Shown: positions 50,278 to 60,787, counted from the first letter of the stretch. The stretch is DNA of 64,000 bases from Fervidicoccaceae archaeon (GCA_038734945.1 JAVYOA010000002.1:124001-188000); one strand, 5' to 3'. The notes: generated by a model not told the origin, from the sequence alone. Numbers and translations: made by a program.

Positions 50278-51648
50278 TTATTCCTGCTTTTCCTTTTCCT
50301 CAATGGGCTCAACTATTAGAACTGGTCCCTCCTTTGAAAGTACTATGACGCTTTCTCCAGGCTTTATATATCCTTTTTTGCTCTTTGCTTTCCAATATTC
50401 TCCCTGTACTTTGACATACCCTTCCTCTTCCGGAGATATAGGATCTATTGCTGTTCCCTTGAGCCCCTCGAACTTCCACTCGAATGGTTTTTTCCTCCTA
50501 ACCTTTACGATTTTATATACGACGAACGCAGTGAAAGAACCGAATGCGATGCCTATTCCATATGCAGCATAAAGGAATGACATGGCATACTGCTGCCCGA
50601 ATGAATAACCCGTTCCTGTTGGCAAAAGAGCTATCCCAAGGACTAGCATTACTATGCCTGTCCCACCGACTATTCCAAAGCCAGGAAGAACGGCATGCTC
50701 AATGAATATGAGAAGCAGGCCGAGCAGTATTAGAAGGACTGAAGTTGCGCTTATGCTGTAACCACTTCCGAGAAAGCCTAAAAGCATCAAGAGAAGCCCT
50801 ATTGGTGTTACAGCAAGGTGTCCTGATATAATGCTGAAAAGGAGTATCATCATCCCCAAGGAAAGCAGTAGGGTTGATATCGTTGGATCTGAAAGCGCAT
50901 GTACTAGGTAGTGTCTCAAGCTCATGCTAACATATTCAACGCTTGCTCCATAGGTGTTCAATGTATAGTTTCTATTCAATGCTGGAACATAGACCGTTGT
51001 TCCGTTCATCTGCTGGAGAAGCGAATCAAGAGTTGGTGCCACATAATTTATTACTCCATTGCGAAGCGCAGAGTCCGCCCCCAAGTTGAGGTTCTCTGTA
51101 ACAAACAGATGAATAGCTGTCAAGTTCCTTCCCTTGTTTCCAGCATGCTCATCAAGAAAAGTCAGTATTGGATTGATAATTTTGGATTCATTGGTGGGAG
51201 TATATTCTCCAGTTGTTGGATTATATTCAATCGGCTGCATAGATCCTATGATGGTTCCCGGCTGCATGGCAGCTATGTGACATGAGACTAAAATCATTGT
51301 TCCAGCGCTTTCAGCCCATCTATCTACCACATAGCCAACAACCGGAATCGTTGAACTATCTATGGAGGTTACTATATTCATTGCTGAATCGAGCAGACCT
51401 CCTGGAGTATTGAGCATTATTACTAAGATTGCATTCTGAGATTCGGCATACGAGATTGCCATTGATACGTAGTCTTCAACTGCAGTATCGATAACTCCAG
51501 TTACCTTTATGACCACTACTTTTTGCCCTATAGTTGGGTTCTCTTGAGCAAGTGCAGGATGCTGCAGCGCATTGCTTGCAAAGAAAAATAGAAAAATGAC
51601 AAGGAGAACCGTTATGCTCCTTGAAAAATTGTATTTCAAATCAATCAT
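50278..51648 (-). CDS. nfeD: NfeD long form (ClpP-like serine protease, TM region, OB fold)
   Basis: LNTPGG, AESAG, IGSMQP, GYVKVQGEYWKA; paired with stomatin. Confidence 0.92.
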   Translation of the reverse strand: MIDLKYNFSRSITVLLVIFLFFFASNALQHPALAQENPTIGQKVVVIKVTGVIDTAVEDYVSMAISYAESQNAILVIMLNTPGGLLDSAMNIVTSIDSSTIPVVGYVVDRWAESAGTMILVSCHIAAMQPGTIIGSMQPIEYNPTTGEYTPTNESKIINPILTFLDEHAGNKGRNLTAIHLFVTENLNLGADSALRNGVINYVAPTLDSLLQQMNGTTVYVPALNRNYTLNTYGASVEYVSMSLRHYLVHALSDPTISTLLLSLGMMILLFSIISGHLAVTPIGLLLMLLGFLGSGYSISATSVLLILLGLLLIFIEHAVLPGFGIVGGTGIVMLVLGIALLPTGTGYSFGQQYAMSFLYAAYGIGIAFGSFTAFVVYKIVKVRRKKPFEWKFEGLKGTAIDPISPEEEGYVKVQGEYWKAKSKKGYIKPGESVIVLSKEGPVLIVEPIEEKEKQE

Positions 51649-51663
51649 CTTTGCTATTTCCCT

Positions 51664-52464
51664 TCACTCCTCTTTTTTGCTTGGAAGCTGCCTGGTCAAT
51701 CCTATAAGAGTTCCCAAATTCTCGCTTCTGGACTCAGGGGTTACAACTATCAGATTCTTTTCCCTAGCTATTTCAATTAGAGTTTGTAGCTCTCTCAATC
51801 TCATTGCCATTGGATGAGTCTCGTAGAATGTTGCTGCCTCAGACATGATGCTTGCGCTCTGTCTCTCTCCCTCGGCCTCAATTATTCTAGCTCTCCTGAA
51901 TCTCTCGGCCTCGGCCTGCTTAGCTAAAGCTCTGAGCATGGTTTCAGGCAGCTTTACTTCCTTCAGTGTTACTGCAGTGACCTTTATTCCCCAAGGATCT
52001 GTGAGCTCGTCGAGTATTGCCTGTATTCTCTTGTTTAGCTCGTCTCTTTTTGATAGAAGATCATCTAGCTCCACCTGGCCTATTATATCTCTCAATGTCG
52101 TCTGTGAGAGCATTAGAACAGCATATGAATAGTTTTCGACTGTGACTATTGCCTTGACCGGATCAATTACTTTGTAGTAGATAACAGCATCAACACCCAC
52201 TGAAACGTTGTCTCTAGTAACGCTCTTCTGCTCGGGCACATCTACAGCTACTATTCTCAAATCAACTTTTATCAGTCTATCCACAAAGGGAATGATGAGG
52301 AATAAACCGGGACCCTTTGCCCCCATCAGTCTTCCCAATCTGAATATGACCGCTCTCTCGTATTCCCTCACTACCTTTACTGACATGGAAAGCAATATGA
52401 TTACGAATATGAAGACTAGAAGGATAGCTGACAAATTGCTTATTAAAACCGATGAAATGTCCAT
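51664..52464 (-). CDS. Stomatin/SPFH (slipin) family protein
   Basis: EYERAVIFRLGR, VDLR, TRDNV, QTTLR, WGIKV, QAEAER. Confidence 0.96.
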   Translation of the reverse strand: MDISSVLISNLSAILLVFIFVIILLSMSVKVVREYERAVIFRLGRLMGAKGPGLFLIIPFVDRLIKVDLRIVAVDVPEQKSVTRDNVSVGVDAVIYYKVIDPVKAIVTVENYSYAVLMLSQTTLRDIIGQVELDDLLSKRDELNKRIQAILDELTDPWGIKVTAVTLKEVKLPETMLRALAKQAEAERFRRARIIEAEGERQSASIMSEAATFYETHPMAMRLRELQTLIEIAREKNLIVVTPESRSENLGTLIGLTRQLPSKKEE

Positions 52465-52675
52465 TTTTATATCCCTTTTATAATTTGCCTGTTCGTATAT
52501 ATATCTTTGTAGATTAAGTTTTTCCTTATTTTTTTAATTAGAAAAAAACTTAATTTGATTTTTTCCATTGTTTTCAAACAATTTTATTTTTAAAAATACA
52601 GCCTGTTCCTGCTTCAGCAAATTCCGTGAAAAGTTTTAATTAACAGGAATCTTAAAAAAAATTGAGGAATGTAGC

Positions 52676-52954
52676 TTGCTAAACGAAGAAATGGAAAGAA
52701 TGAAAAATGAAATAATAAGCTTAATTGATGAGAATGCAAGCAATTGGATAAAAGCAGCATTCTTTTCAGACGAAGTTATTGAAGTTATAATGGAAGGTCT
52801 ATATTCAAAATGGGAAGGAAACAATGAAGAAGGCAGGCCAATTGATTATGCTACAGCAGATCAGCTGAAGATTATGCTGAAAAAAGCCCGACACTATGCT
52901 TCAATGAGCCCAGAGGAAGCAATGAGATTGGTGCTAAAAAGAATGGAAGAGTGA
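52676..52954 (+). CDS. Small acidic hypothetical protein
   Basis: Own AT-rich upstream region; WIKAAF...LY.KWE...GRPIDYA pattern; function unknown. Confidence 0.7.
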   Translation: MLNEEMERMKNEIISLIDENASNWIKAAFFSDEVIEVIMEGLYSKWEGNNEEGRPIDYATADQLKIMLKKARHYASMSPEEAMRLVLKRMEE

Positions 52955-53038
52955 CTTTTTCATAATGATTGAAACTGCTTTTTAAAGCATTTCTAGCATC
53001 TTTTCTAGGTCCAAAAAGGTGCAGTTTTTAAATTGGAG

Positions 53039-53692
53039 TTATAGCTGAAGAGCTGCCTTTACCCTTTCTCCGATTTTTTCCGGAGATATTACAAACACAA
53101 ACTTTATGTCGTCTGCGAGCTTTCTTGGAATGGATTTCTCCAGATCAGCATTATCAGTTATTAGTATTCCTTTCCTCTCACTGTCTATTAGCATGAGTAT
53201 GAAGTTGAGAAGCTCAATATTGCTTTCAAATCCTCTCTTTCCTATTATGAATTTCACCAAGTAGCCTTCGCCCTTCACATCTGCTATAGCATCGGGGAGG
53301 TACTGCATCCCGGTTTTTCCCAGAATGGTCTTGCCTGTATATACCTGTAGACCTGCCTTAGATAGCTCTCCAACATACCACGAAAGCTGCTCCGCGTACT
53401 GTCTTGTACCTGCAGACATGGCAAGCATGTTGCTTAGGGACTGTAGAGCAGAATATGCTAGGACTCCGGTTGAAGTAAGCTTAACGAGCTTTTGCTTACC
53501 GATTGAGACTTCTGTGATTAGTCCTCCTCTTTCAAGAATATTGAGGTATTTCTGTAGCATCTTCGAGTTCATGTTGGTCTTGTACATAAGATGGGTTTTT
53601 TTGATACCTTGTTCCCCTCCCGATACAATTACGCTCATCATTTCATTCAAGATTTCTGTATCTGTTCTATATTTCCTTTCGTCCTTTGCCAG
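53039..53692 (-). CDS. Winged-helix DNA-binding protein fused to a restriction-endonuclease-like domain
   Basis: RKYRTDTEIL, KTHLMYKTNMN...LQKYL..L, LTSTG; C-terminal GKTGMQY.PD. Start uncertain (CTG 53692, ATA 53701 or TTG 53650). Confidence 0.75.
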   Translation of the reverse strand: MAKDERKYRTDTEILNEMMSVIVSGGEQGIKKTHLMYKTNMNSKMLQKYLNILERGGLITEVSIGKQKLVKLTSTGVLAYSALQSLSNMLAMSAGTRQYAEQLSWYVGELSKAGLQVYTGKTILGKTGMQYLPDAIADVKGEGYLVKFIIGKRGFESNIELLNFILMLIDSERKGILITDNADLEKSIPRKLADDIKFVFVISPEKIGERVKAALQL

Positions 53693-53846
53693 ACCGCTTA
53701 TGGCTCACCAACCTCTCAAATTTTTATTACTTTTTTATATATCATATTAGAACATAATATATATTTCTCTTTGTTGAACGTTCCTATTTTATGTTTTGAA
53801 AAGAACCCTTTCAACGCTCCTCTGAATTTGAGAAACTCATTCTACT

Positions 53847-55019
53847 TCAGAGCTGAACCTGCTTCAGCTGTTCTACAACATAGCTCTTCAGCTCCTCAAG
53901 AGACCTCTGGGGAGCTATTATCTTTCCTTCTTCCATCTGCTTGATCATAAGAGGTGTGGGTCTTCTTCCATCTTTGCACAAAGGTGGTGATGATGTCCAG
54001 GGAACAACATAGTGCTCTGTTGGTGAACATGCATAGAGCTGCTTCGCCCCGGGAAGCTTTCCTCTCTTGCTCCTTGGAATCCATCTTCCTTCTTCCTCAA
54101 CTTCAACTATGTCCATGCTTATGTCTATGCTTGGGGGAAAAGCAATTGACGTGCCAACTCCAAATCCATCCGCAATATCTCTCAGCTCAATCAGATCGCT
54201 CTCATCTAACCCACCGCTGACAATAATCTTCACATCTTTGAACCCTTCTATGTCAAGTGCCCATCTAACCTCCTCGACAATTTTTTTCATGTCCCCCCTC
54301 CTGGAGCTGGGAGTATCGAGCCTAACTCCCTGTAATCTCTTTCCCAAGGTTCTCGCTGCTAACAATGCCTCCGCCCTCTCATCCCAAAATGTGTCAACAA
54401 GCATAATGCGTGGAACCTTAGGATCCATGTATTTATCAAAGCTCAGCCATGCCTTTGACTGATCATTGAAAACAATAATTAGGCTATGAGGCATTGTTCC
54501 CGTAGGCTCCAAATTATTGTACTTCTTTGAGAGCACACCGCTAACAGCATCCACTCCTCCTATATATGCTGCCCTATCAGCCATTGGGGCTAGAGCTGGA
54601 TGAAGGCTTCTTATCCCAAAGAACAGGAGAGTTTTGTTTCCCGCTGCTAACCTCATTCTAGCAGCCCTAGTTGTTATGGACGAGTAGTGCCTCAGTATGC
54701 CAAGAACTATTGACTCCATTTCAGCGAAGTCGTAATATTTCCCCTCAATTAGCATTATTGGCTCTCTCTCGTAGAAAATAGTTCCCTCCGGCAGAGAATA
54801 GATATCTACAGCTCTTCCCTTCATAACATAGAGAGCTTCCTCCAGACCACTGAATACAGCCCACCTGTAGCCCTCTGGGAGCCCATATACGTGAAATTCA
54901 GCCCTTACTTTTATGTCCTTCAACCCTTCCTTCTCAAGAATTGTTTTTACTCTTGTGAAATAAACATCCGTTGCCTCTCCATCAATGATCTCCTTTTCAT
55001 TTGCTATATATAGCCCCAT
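53847..55019 (-). CDS. pncB: Nicotinate phosphoribosyltransferase
   Basis: TDVYF, FFGIR, GTMPHS, LVDTF, GVRLDT, SGGLD, FGVGT. Confidence 0.95.
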   Translation of the reverse strand: MGLYIANEKEIIDGEATDVYFTRVKTILEKEGLKDIKVRAEFHVYGLPEGYRWAVFSGLEEALYVMKGRAVDIYSLPEGTIFYEREPIMLIEGKYYDFAEMESIVLGILRHYSSITTRAARMRLAAGNKTLLFFGIRSLHPALAPMADRAAYIGGVDAVSGVLSKKYNNLEPTGTMPHSLIIVFNDQSKAWLSFDKYMDPKVPRIMLVDTFWDERAEALLAARTLGKRLQGVRLDTPSSRRGDMKKIVEEVRWALDIEGFKDVKIIVSGGLDESDLIELRDIADGFGVGTSIAFPPSIDISMDIVEVEEEGRWIPRSKRGKLPGAKQLYACSPTEHYVVPWTSSPPLCKDGRRPTPLMIKQMEEGKIIAPQRSLEELKSYVVEQLKQVQL

Positions 55020-55192
55020 TCTATTCCCCTCTCTACGCTCAAAAACACATCCAACAAGTTAAAAATTAAAGAGAAGGTGTTTATAAGATATGCATTAGTA
55101 GCTGCTGGTAAATTTCAGTTTTTAAAAAGTTTTCTGCAGATGAGAATTTTGAATGAGAAAGACGAAAATCTGTCAAATCCTTTTGAATTTGT

Positions 55193-55549
55193 TTATTTTC
55201 TGCCCTTTTTTCTGATGTAGAACCATGGCCCCTCTATTCTTTCAGAATTGCATTTTGGACATTTCGATGGCCTCTTCACCTTTTCCCTATCCCTGAATGT
55301 ATAGCCACATGTCAGGCATCTTGCTGGGATCATTTCGACTATTTCTGAGTTCCCGCTCCTCTTCCTCACGCTCCTCATAACATGTTCGAGATCAGTGTGA
55401 ATGCTGTTCACTTCTCTTCCACTAAGTCCGAGTATTTTTGCTATCTCCTCTGCCGTCAGCGGCTTCTCAGCTTCCACGAGTATTCTATAGATTTTTTCCC
55501 TTCTTGTTAGAAAATCCGAACCGATCATGTTTTTTTCCCTGAAATTCAT
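55193..55549 (-). CDS. HTH transcriptional regulator with Zn ribbon (COG3357-like)
   Basis: TRREKI, DLEHV, PARCLTCGYTF, PSKCPKCNSERI. Confidence 0.88.
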   Translation of the reverse strand: MNFREKNMIGSDFLTRREKIYRILVEAEKPLTAEEIAKILGLSGREVNSIHTDLEHVMRSVRKRSGNSEIVEMIPARCLTCGYTFRDREKVKRPSKCPKCNSERIEGPWFYIRKKGRK

Positions 55550-55588
55550 GGAGTCTCTCGGTCCGTGAATTCTTCATCCCATATAAGG

Positions 55589-56020
55589 TCAGCTCGCTGA
55601 ATTCCGATCATCCTCCACTCCCGTTTTTAAATTGAATCTTCGGATGGGCAATTTAAGATGAGAGGCAACATTTTTTACTGCCCAGGCGAATTCAGCGCTT
55701 CCAATGCTTCTCCTGAATTTCAGCTTGTTGTATTTCATTCGTAGAAGAATCCTCCCATTTTCGTCAATTACATCCACGATGCCCTTCACTCTTCCTCTTG
55801 GATTTCTCACGAGCCTGACTTTTACTATAACTTCCCCGGAGCGGGGCGGTTTGGGCTGAATAATGGTAGATTCTCCTTCCTTGTATAGAGGAGGAGCATT
55901 TCTTTTTTTCAGAGGATCTATCTCCCTTACCTCGCTCCTCGAAACATAGAAGGCATTCTCATAGTAAGCATGCTTTCCTGACTTGCTCTTTGATCTCTCC
56001 CTCCTGATCTCAATTGACAA
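55589..56020 (-). CDS. Basic hypothetical protein, possibly nucleic-acid binding
   Basis: K/R-rich, beta-rich; SKSGKHA, VRNPRGRVKG, KYNKLKFRR; co-oriented in operon. Confidence 0.75.
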   Translation of the reverse strand: MSIEIRRERSKSKSGKHAYYENAFYVSRSEVREIDPLKKRNAPPLYKEGESTIIQPKPPRSGEVIVKVRLVRNPRGRVKGIVDVIDENGRILLRMKYNKLKFRRSIGSAEFAWAVKNVASHLKLPIRRFNLKTGVEDDRNSAS

Positions 56021-56030
56021 TGTCTCTCCC

Positions 56031-56282
56031 CTATTCTATGAGAAGAACTTCATCTCCAAGTTTTACACTATTCAGTTCCTCAACTACAACAGACATGCTG
56101 TATGATGATATATCAGCTGTAAAAATCACTTTGTTTTTTATTCTGATTTGCTTTATCTCTGATTCCTTTCCAAAAATGCTTCGAGAGAGCAAGTTCCCTC
56201 CCTCGGTAGAATATTCAGAAATCTCCACTATAAAGCTCCCATTCTCGCATTTTATGTTCAGAATTGCTGTCCTTCCCATCAA
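56031..56282 (-). CDS. Small hypothetical beta-rich protein
   Basis: Fills the gap behind apgM, GGAGGGTGA upstream. Confidence 0.6.
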   Translation of the reverse strand: MMGRTAILNIKCENGSFIVEISEYSTEGGNLLSRSIFGKESEIKQIRIKNKVIFTADISSYSMSVVVEELNSVKLGDEVLLIE

Positions 56283-56285
56283 AAT

Positions 56286-57596
56286 TCACCCTCCTTTTTC
56301 AGGACTTTTAATTAGACCTATTTCCTTGAGAATTAAGGGAAGGAGGTCCTTCCCCCTCTCGAGAATTCCGAAGCTTCCACTTCTGCATTCGACTTCATTG
56401 AATGTCAATATTCCGTCTGATTTTATGCCTTGATAGTATAGCAGAAATGGCACAGGAGAATCGCTGTGTGCCCTCAGCTGACAGGGGGTTGCGTGATCCG
56501 ATGTAACCAATATTGCTATTTCTCCATCTTCTAGCTTATTCACTAAGCTTCCGAAGAAATACTTATCAATTTCCCCTATTATGTTTGCTTTTAGCTCGAG
56601 ATTTCCATCATGGCCAGGCTCATCTGGTCCCTTCAAGTGCACATAGACTACATCTGATCTTTCCAGAGCCTCCACTGCCTTGCGTGCTCTGTATTTATAT
56701 TCACCTTCTCTGTTCTTTCCTTCAGGAGGGGGAAGTGTGATAACATTCATTCCTGCTGCTTTTGCGATTCCTATCTCAACTGGCATCTCAACTAGTGCTG
56801 TGAACTGAAGGTTTCCAAATTTTGATGATAGGCTCTGAAGCACTGGAGATTTTCCCCCTCCATCTCTCAAAAGCACAGCATTTGCTGGGGGAAGACCTCT
56901 ATTTATTCTTGAACGGTTAACTGGATGCTTATCTAGAATATCTATTGCTTTCCATGTAAATTCATTGACAAGCTCACAGGTCCTTCTGTTCTCCTCTTTC
57001 CCTAATAGAGGAATGCACTGTGAGATCTTATTTTCAAAGCTGCTTGCCGAAATTGAGATCTTTCCCCTTCTAATATAAGCAGGATCTGTGTTGCCTACTT
57101 CATCTCCCAGGTCAAATTTCTCACTACCTATGACAACAACAACTCTATGTCCCACGCTTGCTCTAACTCTAGCATATCCTCCGTTCAATGTAATCCCATC
57201 GAGAGAATTTGCCAGGCTCTCAGCTTCCTCTCTTGTGAATATTCTTCCGGCTCTTCTGTCCAATATTCTTCCAGTTGAGGGATCAACCGTAGCAAAGTTT
57301 CCTCTGAAAGCCACCTCTCTTCTCTCTGCTAATGAGAGACCAACACCCAAAGCCTCTATAGGTCCTCTCCCTGGATGATCCCTGTCTGGATCGTAGCCCA
57401 GAAGCGATAAGACTGCAGCATCGCTCTCCGGTGGTATTCCCCTTCCGATCGTGAAAAGCATCCCACATTTTCCCTTTCTCGCAAGAAGATCTATGTTGGG
57501 CTTCTCCGATACCATGTACGCAGTTCTCCCAAGAGAGGGATCACCTGCTGCTCCATCAAGTACAACATATAGGAGCTTCAAGACATTCACCTCCAA
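56286..57596 (-). CDS. apgM: 2,3-bisphosphoglycerate-independent phosphoglycerate mutase
   Basis: VLDGAA, PESD, GRGPIEALG, HLKGPDEPGHDG, TSDHATP, HSDSPVP. Confidence 0.95.
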   Translation of the reverse strand: MEVNVLKLLYVVLDGAAGDPSLGRTAYMVSEKPNIDLLARKGKCGMLFTIGRGIPPESDAAVLSLLGYDPDRDHPGRGPIEALGVGLSLAERREVAFRGNFATVDPSTGRILDRRAGRIFTREEAESLANSLDGITLNGGYARVRASVGHRVVVVIGSEKFDLGDEVGNTDPAYIRRGKISISASSFENKISQCIPLLGKEENRRTCELVNEFTWKAIDILDKHPVNRSRINRGLPPANAVLLRDGGGKSPVLQSLSSKFGNLQFTALVEMPVEIGIAKAAGMNVITLPPPEGKNREGEYKYRARKAVEALERSDVVYVHLKGPDEPGHDGNLELKANIIGEIDKYFFGSLVNKLEDGEIAILVTSDHATPCQLRAHSDSPVPFLLYYQGIKSDGILTFNEVECRSGSFGILERGKDLLPLILKEIGLIKSPEKGG

Positions 57597-59119
57597 TCCA
57601 TCATGGATGAGATAGCTCCCGGGATCTCTCTAACCAGCATTTCAGATGTGAAAAATTCTCCATACCTCTCAAATAGTTTGTCTCCTGCATAGCTGTTGAT
57701 AAAGGATGCTATGCAGGCTGCATGAAATGGAGTTGGGGTTCTTTTTGAGAGAGATGCAATGAGTCCTGCTAGGACATCCCCGGTTCCTCCGATGCTCATG
57801 CCAGGATTTCCTCCCCTTTTCTCTCTACATTCGCCTTTGAAGCAAATGTAATCAATCGGACCCTTCGATAAGACAATGGATTTAGAGGATATCGACAGCT
57901 CCGAAGCATTCTTCTTCCTGTCTTCACTTTCGGCTATTCGGTACCCCCTTAGAAGGAGAGATAGCTCCCCTCTATGAGGGGTAATCACAAATCTACTATC
58001 AAGCTCAGGAGCATATTCTGAAATGCATTTGAGAGCATCAGCATCCACAACTATTGCCCTCAAAGACTGCTCCGACCTCATCCTCTCAATTATTTCTTTT
58101 GTGAAAGAGCAAGTTGATTTGTTGTAGCCCATCCCAGGTCCAATAACAGCGGCACTCGATCTGCGAACAAAGTTCATGACAAAATCTGCATTCTCTGGGG
58201 AGAAATAATGCTCTCCCACTCCAACAGCAATAATTGATGGGGAGAAAGAAGCTACTATTTGCTTAATGGAGCTGGGCACAATTGTGAATACAAGGTCAGC
58301 TCCAGAAGCGAGAGCTGCTAGGGAGGCCAGCGAAGGAGCTCCAGAATATTCAATCGATCCCCCTATGACAGAAACTACTCCTCCATCCCCCTTCTTGGCA
58401 TCCTTTGGCTTTCTTGCTAGAAAGTTTCTGACATCTCCTGGTCCTACAATTATCTCTGCTTCATCGGGTATGCCAATATTGCATATTTCGATGTTTCCAC
58501 TATACTCCTTATCCTTGAGTAAGCCTGGCTTTAGAAAATGCATTGTGATTGTATAAGAAGCTCTAACAGCGGTTGGCTTCCCGTCATGGGTAGCAGGAAT
58601 ACCTGTATCTGGGTCTATTCCACTTGGTATATCTATTGAAACTATTGGTAGAGAGGAGGAGTTCATGAGCTCTATTGCTCCAGCAATGGGCTCTCTCAGC
58701 TCACCTCTCACTCCAGTTCCCAAAATAGCATCCACTATGAGCTTTGCATTTTCCCTTGTCAAGCTAGGAAGGTGTTCATAGCTAAGTATGTTCAACTTGT
58801 TTCCTTCAATTTTCCTAAGCAACATGAAATTTCTCTTAGCATCCTCATGGGTGATTTGTTCCTCACTGAATAGTGTTACCAGTGCTACCTTGTATCCCAT
58901 TGAAGCTAGATGCCTAGAAGCTGCAAAACCATCTCCTGCATTTCCCCCCTTTCCAGCAACGACAATGATTTTTTCATTGAACTCACCAAATGTCCTTCGT
59001 ATAAACTCAGCTACGCATTTGCCAGCATTTTCCATCATAAGTATTGTGGGCATTCCAAGCCATTGTGCATTTTCCTCTATTGCCCTTATTCTCCTGCTCT
59101 CATAGACTTTTCCAAACAT
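57587..59119 (-). CDS. nnr: Bifunctional NAD(P)HX epimerase/dehydratase
   Basis: LMMENAG, GGNAGDG, DAILGTG, DIPSG, GGS.EYSGAP, IGPGMG, VDADAL, TPHRGE, GGTGDVLAG. Confidence 0.95.
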   Translation of the reverse strand: MFGKVYESRRIRAIEENAQWLGMPTILMMENAGKCVAEFIRRTFGEFNEKIIVVAGKGGNAGDGFAASRHLASMGYKVALVTLFSEEQITHEDAKRNFMLLRKIEGNKLNILSYEHLPSLTRENAKLIVDAILGTGVRGELREPIAGAIELMNSSSLPIVSIDIPSGIDPDTGIPATHDGKPTAVRASYTITMHFLKPGLLKDKEYSGNIEICNIGIPDEAEIIVGPGDVRNFLARKPKDAKKGDGGVVSVIGGSIEYSGAPSLASLAALASGADLVFTIVPSSIKQIVASFSPSIIAVGVGEHYFSPENADFVMNFVRRSSAAVIGPGMGYNKSTCSFTKEIIERMRSEQSLRAIVVDADALKCISEYAPELDSRFVITPHRGELSLLLRGYRIAESEDRKKNASELSISSKSIVLSKGPIDYICFKGECREKRGGNPGMSIGGTGDVLAGLIASLSKRTPTPFHAACIASFINSYAGDKLFERYGEFFTSEMLVREIPGAISSMMDWR

Positions 59120-59123
59120 GCTC

Positions 59124-60722
59124 TCACTTCGTTTCGATTCTGAGATCCAGGCCGAATTTCTGTGCTGCCCTCTTTATTCGCTTCAGCCTCTTGCTCAACA
59201 ATCTTGCTTCCTCCGAGGGCACTCTGAGTATAGCTACACCATTAGATATCTCGACTTCCGCATTAGGAGCCAGGGTCTCAAGCTGTCTCTTTATCCTCAA
59301 ATCCTCTGTTCTCTTTCCTTTCCTTATTGGAACCACAACCGTCTGCTCACCGAAGGTGTATATTTCGTACTCCAGCTCTCCGCTCAGGAAGTCCCTAACT
59401 TCAACTACGGGTCTGGATAGCTCCGCCTCCTTCAACCCTGTAGGGAGCTTGACAGTCATTGATACTTCGTAGACCTTTGATATTTCCCCTTTGTCTATGA
59501 ATATTACCGTGTCTATTATGCTTGGAATTACTCCCAGCTCAACTCTTCCTATGAATCTCTGTATAGCATCTATTGGAGAAGTTGCATGGAGAACCCCAAC
59601 CATTCCTATTCCGGCAAGCCTCAGATCTACATATAGCCTGAAATCCTCATCTCCCCTCAGCTCATCGAAGAATGTATAGTCAGGCCTGCTCAGCAGCATA
59701 ATATCGTGCAGCTCATCCTTTTCAGCAAAGTTCTTGCTGTATTGGACAATTTGTGGAGAGAGCCTCATGTCTCTTGGAGATTCTATCGTGTTTACAACTT
59801 TCCCATCACTTAAATAGAATTCCGCCAGTGCTTGGGCAAATGTTGTTTTTCCCATGCCAGGAGCGCCAGCAATCAATATTCCTTCGGCCTTCTTTCTGAA
59901 CCTCTCTATTAGCTTCTCAGGCGGTCTGTAGTCCTCAAGTTTTAGCTTGACTATTGGTTTCACAGCTGTTATCATCCACTTGCTGCTAAAAGGTGGTCTG
60001 GCTATAACGATTCTATATGAACCAAGCTGAACTATCGTGCTTCCCTTTCTATCGATTTCCACAAAGCTGTCTTCCCTGGACTTTGCTGCTTCGATTATCT
60101 CATCGAAAATGCTCTGCATTTCGCTTCTAGTCAGAATTTGGTTTGAGATCCTCTCATATGCCCAAGCTCCAGGCTTCCCCTTCTTTGCCATTGGATAATT
60201 ATCTTCAACCAAGTGGATGCTCATCGTAGATTCATCGAAGAGCTTCTCTATTTTAAGAGGAGATTCTGTTCTCTCAGAATAGAATAGAACGCTTATCCCG
60301 ATGGAAGAAGCTAGTTCTGCTGCCACACTGCTTCCAGAGACTATTGCACATCCTCTCTGAAGGGCTATCTCCCTTACTAGAGCTGAGAGAGATGCCTGAT
60401 CTTCCTGATAGACCTGGCGCTGTGGGGAAAATAGATCTATGTTGATTATACCAGAAGAGGCAAGATCCTTTAGCTTTCTCAGCTCCTCAAGTCCAGCTAT
60501 GCCTACAGCTTTTCCTTCACTGGCCTCTTTTTCAATGAGGGTAAGAATAGGGGATAAAAGTATGATTGTCGATCCCTTTGGTATTGACCCTGCTTTTACG
60601 AGCCTACTGACTATTCCCTGCACTATTGCCGAATAATCGGCTACATACGCTGTTTCAACATTTCCAGCTGCTGTGAAGAAATTTCGGTACATGTTCCTTC
60701 GAACACCCTTGCTATAAATCAT
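59124..60722 (-). CDS. PINA: PIN-domain + PilT-like ATPase + KH-like protein
   Basis: N-terminal PIN-like region, GAPGMGKTT, ESPRD, RPDYTFFDE, GVLHAT; true start probably somewhat downstream. Confidence 0.92.
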   Translation of the reverse strand: MIYSKGVRRNMYRNFFTAAGNVETAYVADYSAIVQGIVSRLVKAGSIPKGSTIILLSPILTLIEKEASEGKAVGIAGLEELRKLKDLASSGIINIDLFSPQRQVYQEDQASLSALVREIALQRGCAIVSGSSVAAELASSIGISVLFYSERTESPLKIEKLFDESTMSIHLVEDNYPMAKKGKPGAWAYERISNQILTRSEMQSIFDEIIEAAKSREDSFVEIDRKGSTIVQLGSYRIVIARPPFSSKWMITAVKPIVKLKLEDYRPPEKLIERFRKKAEGILIAGAPGMGKTTFAQALAEFYLSDGKVVNTIESPRDMRLSPQIVQYSKNFAEKDELHDIMLLSRPDYTFFDELRGDEDFRLYVDLRLAGIGMVGVLHATSPIDAIQRFIGRVELGVIPSIIDTVIFIDKGEISKVYEVSMTVKLPTGLKEAELSRPVVEVRDFLSGELEYEIYTFGEQTVVVPIRKGKRTEDLRIKRQLETLAPNAEVEISNGVAILRVPSEEARLLSKRLKRIKRAAQKFGLDLRIETK

Positions 60723-60787
60723 GTTTGAACAGTCAAATAATATGAATTGAGTTATGAAGATTTAATAATTTACTGAATAATAGTTTC

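Noticed and set aside
52972..53027. AAACTGC/GCAGTTT inverted repeat between convergent genes
   Set aside because: Only 7 bp with a long loop; at most a terminator-region feature and compatible with chance
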